Shown here: positions 60,591 to 64,000 of the stretch, piece by piece
Layout of the letters: every line of letters begins with the position of its first letter
How positions within the stretch are numbered: the stretch's first letter is position 1
Origin: Vicinamibacterales bacterium
GTDB lineage: Bacteria > Acidobacteriota > Vicinamibacteria > Vicinamibacterales > CAVVIG01
NCBI GenBank assembly: GCA_040081555.1
Contig: JBEBGG010000003.1
Location: 628-64,627, forward strand
Direction of reading: 5' to 3'
Length of the DNA stretch: 64,000 bases
Position numbers and translations under genes: made by a program
Notes under the pieces: generated by a model
What the model was told of the DNA's origin: nothing
Database searches by the model: none
What the model saw: only the letters and a program-made list of their open reading frames with translations

Positions 60591-61979
60591 ATGATCCGAA
60601 TATTCCTCGTGGCATCCGTGACGGCTGCAGTGCTCGCAATCGGCCCGCACACGGGAAGCTCCGCCGCCGCTCAACAGCTAACGCCGTCTCCGTGGCGACG
60701 GTTCGATCGCAGCCCAAGAATCGAGCAGCTTCGTCGAGATCTCGAATCCGGCAAGACGGACACGACGCCCTTCTGGGCGGATATCAAGTCCAGCGGCACG
60801 CCACTCATCGAGCGACTGCCTGGAGCCACAAAGCACGCCCTGGTGACGTTTCTCTATCGCGGAGGACCTGACACTCGTAACGTCGTGGTGTTCCTCTCGG
60901 ACTTCGGTGGCGTCAGGCCGGCCGATCACATGATGTCCAGGCTCGGACAAACAGATGTCTGGTTTCTGACGGTCAGGCTGCCAAGCCAGGCACGGTTCAT
61001 CTATCGCCTGTCAATCAACGACCCGCTTGATAATCCGTTCCACGGAGCATTAATGGGCGGCACGCTGAAGCTTGACGAGCTCAACCCACATCGCTTCTTC
61101 AACATAGGAAGCATTGCGGAGTTGCCGGACGCTCCCCCGCAGCCGTGGCTCCAGAAGCCAGTCCAGGCCGGAATAGTCTCTGACCCTCAGACAATCACCA
61201 GTCGCCTGCTCAAGAAGGATCGAAAGCTGTGGGTATATCTGCCTCCAGGCTATGAACAGAGCAGATCAGTATCGAACCTCGTCATCCTGTTCGACGGCAC
61301 GATGTACGCGAACAGACTCGCCGCGCCTACCACTCTGGACAATCTGATCGCCGCGAAGCGGCTGTCATCGACCGTGGTGGTCTTCGTAGAGACACCAGTA
61401 GAAACCAGAAACGACGAGATGTTCTGGAACACGACATATGCGGATTTCCTCGCGAACGAGCTGGTTCCGTGGATCAGGGCTCGCTATCGCGTCACGAAGG
61501 ACGCAAGACGAGTGGTCGTCGGCGGTGCAAGCGCGGGTGGTGCCGGCGCCACATATGCCGCGCTACGGCACCCCAGGGTATTTGGCAATGTCCTGTCTCA
61601 ATCCGGCGGATTCTTCGCTTCACCTGAACGCAATCGTGAGTTGGCTGAGCGTTCGCCGCTCCTTACGCGCGAGAACGACGATCGTCACGTCGTCGAGGAG
61701 ATCGAGGATAGGGCTGTCACTGAGGGCGGATGGTTGGCGAAGCTCTTCATCCAGGAGCCTCGTCTGCCGATTCGTTTCTATCTCGACGTGGGTGCCTTTG
61801 AGGCTGATTTCATGGGCGGTGGTCTCGGCGCACTCGAGCCTAACCGCCACATGCGCGACGTCCTGCTTGCGAAGGGCTACGAGGTGCACTATCAAGAGTT
61901 CATGGGTGGTCACGACTACATTAACTGGCGCGGTACATTTGCTGACGGCATACTTGCGCTCATCGGGGAGACGAGGTAG
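60591..61979 (+). CDS. secreted esterase, enterochelin-esterase-like (cassette 7)
   Basis: Signal peptide from ATG 60591. N-terminal Ig-like segment 'VWFLTVRLPSQARFIYRL'. Esterase core 'VVGGASAGGAGATYAAL'. C-terminus 'GGHDYINW'. Confidence 0.7.
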   Translation: MIRIFLVASVTAAVLAIGPHTGSSAAAQQLTPSPWRRFDRSPRIEQLRRDLESGKTDTTPFWADIKSSGTPLIERLPGATKHALVTFLYRGGPDTRNVVVFLSDFGGVRPADHMMSRLGQTDVWFLTVRLPSQARFIYRLSINDPLDNPFHGALMGGTLKLDELNPHRFFNIGSIAELPDAPPQPWLQKPVQAGIVSDPQTITSRLLKKDRKLWVYLPPGYEQSRSVSNLVILFDGTMYANRLAAPTTLDNLIAAKRLSSTVVVFVETPVETRNDEMFWNTTYADFLANELVPWIRARYRVTKDARRVVVGGASAGGAGATYAALRHPRVFGNVLSQSGGFFASPERNRELAERSPLLTRENDDRHVVEEIEDRAVTEGGWLAKLFIQEPRLPIRFYLDVGAFEADFMGGGLGALEPNRHMRDVLLAKGYEVHYQEFMGGHDYINWRGTFADGILALIGETR

Positions 61980-62011
61980 GTCGCACATCAGGCAGTTAGT
62001 GGTTCGTCGGG

Positions 62012-62081
62012 GTCTAACATCGGCTGCCCTTGACCGCAGCCTTCATTTCTTGGCGGCCGCGAGTGAGCCGTGCCGTTAGGC
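62012..62081 (+). repeat. attC-like site g (GTCTAAC ... GTTAGGC)
   Basis: 70 bp. CGGCTG..CCGC / GCGG..CAGCCG-type imperfect arms. Confidence 0.75.
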
Positions 62082-62182
62082 ACTTAGTCGAATACACCTC
62101 CCGGGGCCGAGGGAATCTGAGTTCTGTCGCACGAACCAGTTCACCTTTGGCACGGGACCGTCACACTGGCAGGGTCGCGGCC

Positions 62183-62794
62183 ATGGAACGACGAACACTC
62201 CTTCACATCGGTATGCGGTTCTCGGCCGTTGCGGCGCTCGGCAAGACGCTGTCGGCGCAGACTCCCAAGCTCCTGATTCCAGCGGTCTATCTGTCGGAGA
62301 AGTACACCGCGCTCCCAACTGCGCCATCAGCCGTTGTCATTGCCGGTCCGGATGAACCTGGCGAACGCTTGGTTGTCACCGGGTGCGTCCTTGACGGCAC
62401 TAAACCTGTTCCCGGCGTATCGATCTATGCGTTTCACGCCGACCAGAAGGGGCTCTACGAACCACGGGGCATGAACCAAGGAGTAGACCCGCGGCTATAC
62501 GGTGCGATGCGAAGCGATGAGGGTGGACGCTATCGGTACGAGACGATCCGTCCGGGTTACTACGGCGGCAGCGACAACCCTGCGCATGTGCACTACGTGG
62601 TGAATGCGCCAGGGTACAAGCCACGTCTGGTCGATCTGCGATTTGAAGATGACCCGGTGATCGCCGCGCGCCGAAAACGGGGCGTCGATGATGACGATGG
62701 TTTCGAGCCTGGGAAAATGGTTGTGCGGCCGGTCGAGCGCGATGCCACGGGCGTGTGGCATGTAACGCGAGACTTGGACATGATTCGGGACTAG
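62183..62794 (+). CDS. intradiol dioxygenase-like protein with a Tat-like signal (cassette 8); paralog of 55651-56238
   Basis: 'MERRTLLHIG' signal. 'VTGCVLDGTKPVPGVSIYAFHADQKGLY', 'GRYRYETIRPGYYG', 'PAHVHYVV'. Confidence 0.7.
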   Translation: MERRTLLHIGMRFSAVAALGKTLSAQTPKLLIPAVYLSEKYTALPTAPSAVVIAGPDEPGERLVVTGCVLDGTKPVPGVSIYAFHADQKGLYEPRGMNQGVDPRLYGAMRSDEGGRYRYETIRPGYYGGSDNPAHVHYVVNAPGYKPRLVDLRFEDDPVIAARRKRGVDDDDGFEPGKMVVRPVERDATGVWHVTRDLDMIRD

Positions 62795-62816
62795 CCCGCA
62801 TCGTCACTCGCACGGT

Positions 62817-62885
62817 GCCTAACATGCGCTGCGCCAGACGGCCGCGGCGCTCATTGGTGGCCGCCGGTGAGCGCTATCGTTGGGC
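62817..62885 (+). repeat. attC-like site h (GCCTAAC ... GTTGGGC)
   Basis: 69 bp. Highly similar to site i (ATGCGCTGCRCCAGACGGCC ... GGTGAGCGCT). Confidence 0.85.
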
Positions 62886-62917
62886 TGACAAACACGACGA
62901 ACGGACTGATCTGATGG

Positions 62918-63153
62918 CTATCGGGAGTGCTTGAGACGAGCCTGCCAATGGCCTGGTTTCCGGCGGTCGTGGGCAATGGCGAGGATGCGAAGCTCCGGGC
63001 CTACTTCGAGATAGATGACGTGATAAGGGAAGCGGGTCACCGCACGGCGTCGAAGAACTCAATGCCGAGGTGCTCCCGGCAGTCCTCGTAGTACCGGCCG
63101 GCGAAACGGTACTCGGCGTACGCTTCGTCTTCAAATCGAACGCGCGGGTTCAC
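62918..63153 (-). pseudogene. decayed RelE/ParE-family toxin (frameshifted, possibly internally deleted)
   Basis: The GTG at 63153 overlaps the antitoxin stop (GTGA). Frame 1 reads 'MNPRVRFEDEAYAEYRFAGRYYEDCREHLGIEFFDAVR*' with a stop at 63037. The ParE-like C-terminus 'AVTRFPYHVIYLEVGPELRILAIAHDRRKPGHW' continues in another frame to 62918. Confidence 0.7.
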
Positions 63154-63395
63154 CGCCGCCGCAATTCCTCTTCGGCGCGACGACGAACCTCCTGCCATGG
63201 GACGCCAGCAGACTCCCCTGCCAGGACTCGCCTTGCCCTACGCCCGATTTCCGCGGCCCAGGCCGCTTCGACTTCGCCTGGATCATCCGCGGCTGCGTCG
63301 TCGAGGCTGGCCAGCAACTGCGCGGCCACATCGGCACGCTCATGGACCGGCAGGGCCAGTGCTTCTCGCAGAAGTTCTTGCGACCGTGGCGACAT
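63150..63395 (-). CDS. addiction-module antitoxin component (Unstab_antitox-like)
   Basis: 81 aa. 'LLREALALPVHERADVAAQLLASL...AWAAEIGRRARRVLAGE' is typical of this antitoxin family. Antisense to the cassette array. Confidence 0.75.
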   Translation of the reverse strand: MSPRSQELLREALALPVHERADVAAQLLASLDDAAADDPGEVEAAWAAEIGRRARRVLAGESAGVPWQEVRRRAEEELRRR

Positions 63396-63420
63396 GAGGC
63401 CATTCTACCGCGAGACCTCA

Positions 63421-63489
63421 GCCCAACATGCGCTGCACCAGACGGCCACCAAGGTCGGGACCGGCCGCTGGTGAGCGCTGGCGTTAGAC
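63421..63489 (+). repeat. attC-like site i (GCCCAAC ... GTTAGAC)
   Basis: 69 bp, a near-copy of site h. Confidence 0.85.
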
Positions 63490-63542
63490 CGATTGGAAAC
63501 GACATCGGAACGGCGCCGAGCGAAGGGAGTAAGATCGGCCCC

Positions 63543-63764
63543 ATGGGGTGGGAACAACGAATCACCGTGAATCCCGGCATCCGTAGTGGTAAGCCGTGCA
63601 TCAAAGGCACGCGCATCACCGTCTACGACGTGCTGGAATATCTCGCTGGTGGTATGACCGAAGCGCAGCTGCTGGGCGACTTCCCGGATCTGGCTCCCGA
63701 GGATATTCGCGCCAGCCTTGCCTTCGCCGCCGCGCGTGAACGTCGCGTGAGTTCGGTGGCGTGA
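63543..63764 (+). CDS. DUF433 domain protein (putative antitoxin)
   Basis: 'ITVNPGIRSGKPCIKGTRITVYDVLEYLAGGMTEAQLLGDFPDLAPEDIRASLAFA' is the DUF433 signature. Confidence 0.8.
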   Translation: MGWEQRITVNPGIRSGKPCIKGTRITVYDVLEYLAGGMTEAQLLGDFPDLAPEDIRASLAFAAARERRVSSVA

Positions 63765-64000
63765 AGCTGCTCTTCGACGCGAACCTCAGCCCCACACTCG
63801 TCGCACATCTTCGCACGCACTACCACGGCAGTCTGCACGTCCGCGACATCGGCCTCGGCGCAGGTTCGGATGCGAAGATCTGGGAACACGCGAAAGCCGA
63901 AGCGTTTGTCATCGCCTCGAAGGACACAGACTTCCGGGAGCGAAGCTTTGTCGAGGGATTCCCACCGAAGGTGGTGTGGCTCAACCTCGGAAATGCCGGC
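63761..64000 (+). CDS. DUF5615 (PIN-like) protein, putative toxin; 3'-truncated by the window end
   Basis: GTGA overlap with the DUF433 stop. 'KLLFDANLSPTLVAHL...HVRDIGLGAGSDAKIWEHAKAEAFVIASKDTDF'. Confidence 0.75.
   Translation, partial: MKLLFDANLSPTLVAHLRTHYHGSLHVRDIGLGAGSDAKIWEHAKAEAFVIASKDTDFRERSFVEGFPPKVVWLNLGNAG

Larger units (their letters stand above)
54045..64000 (+). mobile_element. integron-type gene cassette array (9 attC-like sites) with no intI/attI in the window (CALIN-like); continues past the window end
   Basis: Nine co-oriented 61-98 bp elements, each RYYYAAC...imperfect dyad...GTTRRRY, with one after each gene or gene pair. There is an abrupt drop in G+C at about 54045. 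Cassette-sized units of 0.6-1.6 kb. TA cassettes are present. Confidence 0.75.

Noticed and set aside
62874-63134. 86-aa minus-strand ORF in the track ('MKTKRTPSTV...').
   Set aside because: It is a wrong-frame read-through of the decayed ParE/RelE locus. The family-like peptide blocks are in the other two frames (see the pseudogene at 62918-63153).
55431-63489. The regularly spaced repeats could be a CRISPR array or REP/BIME-type intergenic repeats.
   Set aside because: The repeats are 61-98 bp, imperfect and variable in sequence. They are separated by 0.6-1.5 kb units that each contain a full ORF. They have asymmetric conserved ends (RYYYAAC / GTTRRRY). This is incompatible with CRISPR (short identical repeats, 30-40 bp spacers) and fits attC better than REP.

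Overview
High-GC bacterial chromosome segment. Spot counts on single 60-nt lines give about 65% G+C. The gene content (carboxypeptidase-regulatory-domain TonB receptors, PEGA, DUF4159, HMBD proteins) suggests an Acidobacteriota- or Gemmatimonadota-like organism, but that is inference only. Positions 1-54,044 look like ordinary core or accessory chromosome. They contain: (1) a 7-gene co-directional glycan-modification operon (1837-10695) with a Maf/DUF115-methyltransferase fusion, methyltransferases, a double GT2 and a sulfotransferase; (2) peptidases and TonB-dependent receptors; (3) metal-related secreted proteins; (4) a treS-otsA pair; (5) c-di-GMP turnover genes (EAL-HDOD plus HD-GYP); (6) a second glycan locus (41570-47759) with two PAPS-type sulfotransferases and two GT4 enzymes joined by ATGA overlaps; (7) housekeeping genes (AKR, ADH, ABC exporter, hemH). 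At about 54,045 the composition drops abruptly (spot counts 45-52% G+C). From there to the window end, every gene or gene pair is followed by an imperfect 61-98 bp element. Each element runs from an RYYYAAC-type box to a GTTRRRY box and has internal dyad symmetry. There are nine such elements, all in the same orientation. I read this as an integron gene-cassette array (attC sites) with no integron integrase or attI visible in the window, i.e. CALIN-like, or with intI lost or located elsewhere. The cassettes encode an orphan 323-aa protein with a nucleotidyl-cyclase-like motif pattern, a cytoplasmic trypsin-like protease, a DUF3800 protein, a secreted-protein/zinc-ribbon-DUF4145 pair, two paralogous intradiol-dioxygenase-like proteins, two hydrolases and two toxin-antitoxin cassettes (one with a decayed ParE/RelE toxin). 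No rRNA, tRNA or CRISPR array was recognised. Many long ORFs in the supplied track are antisense or out-of-frame shadows typical of high-GC DNA and were not called. All family assignments come from motif recognition by eye, not from database searches.
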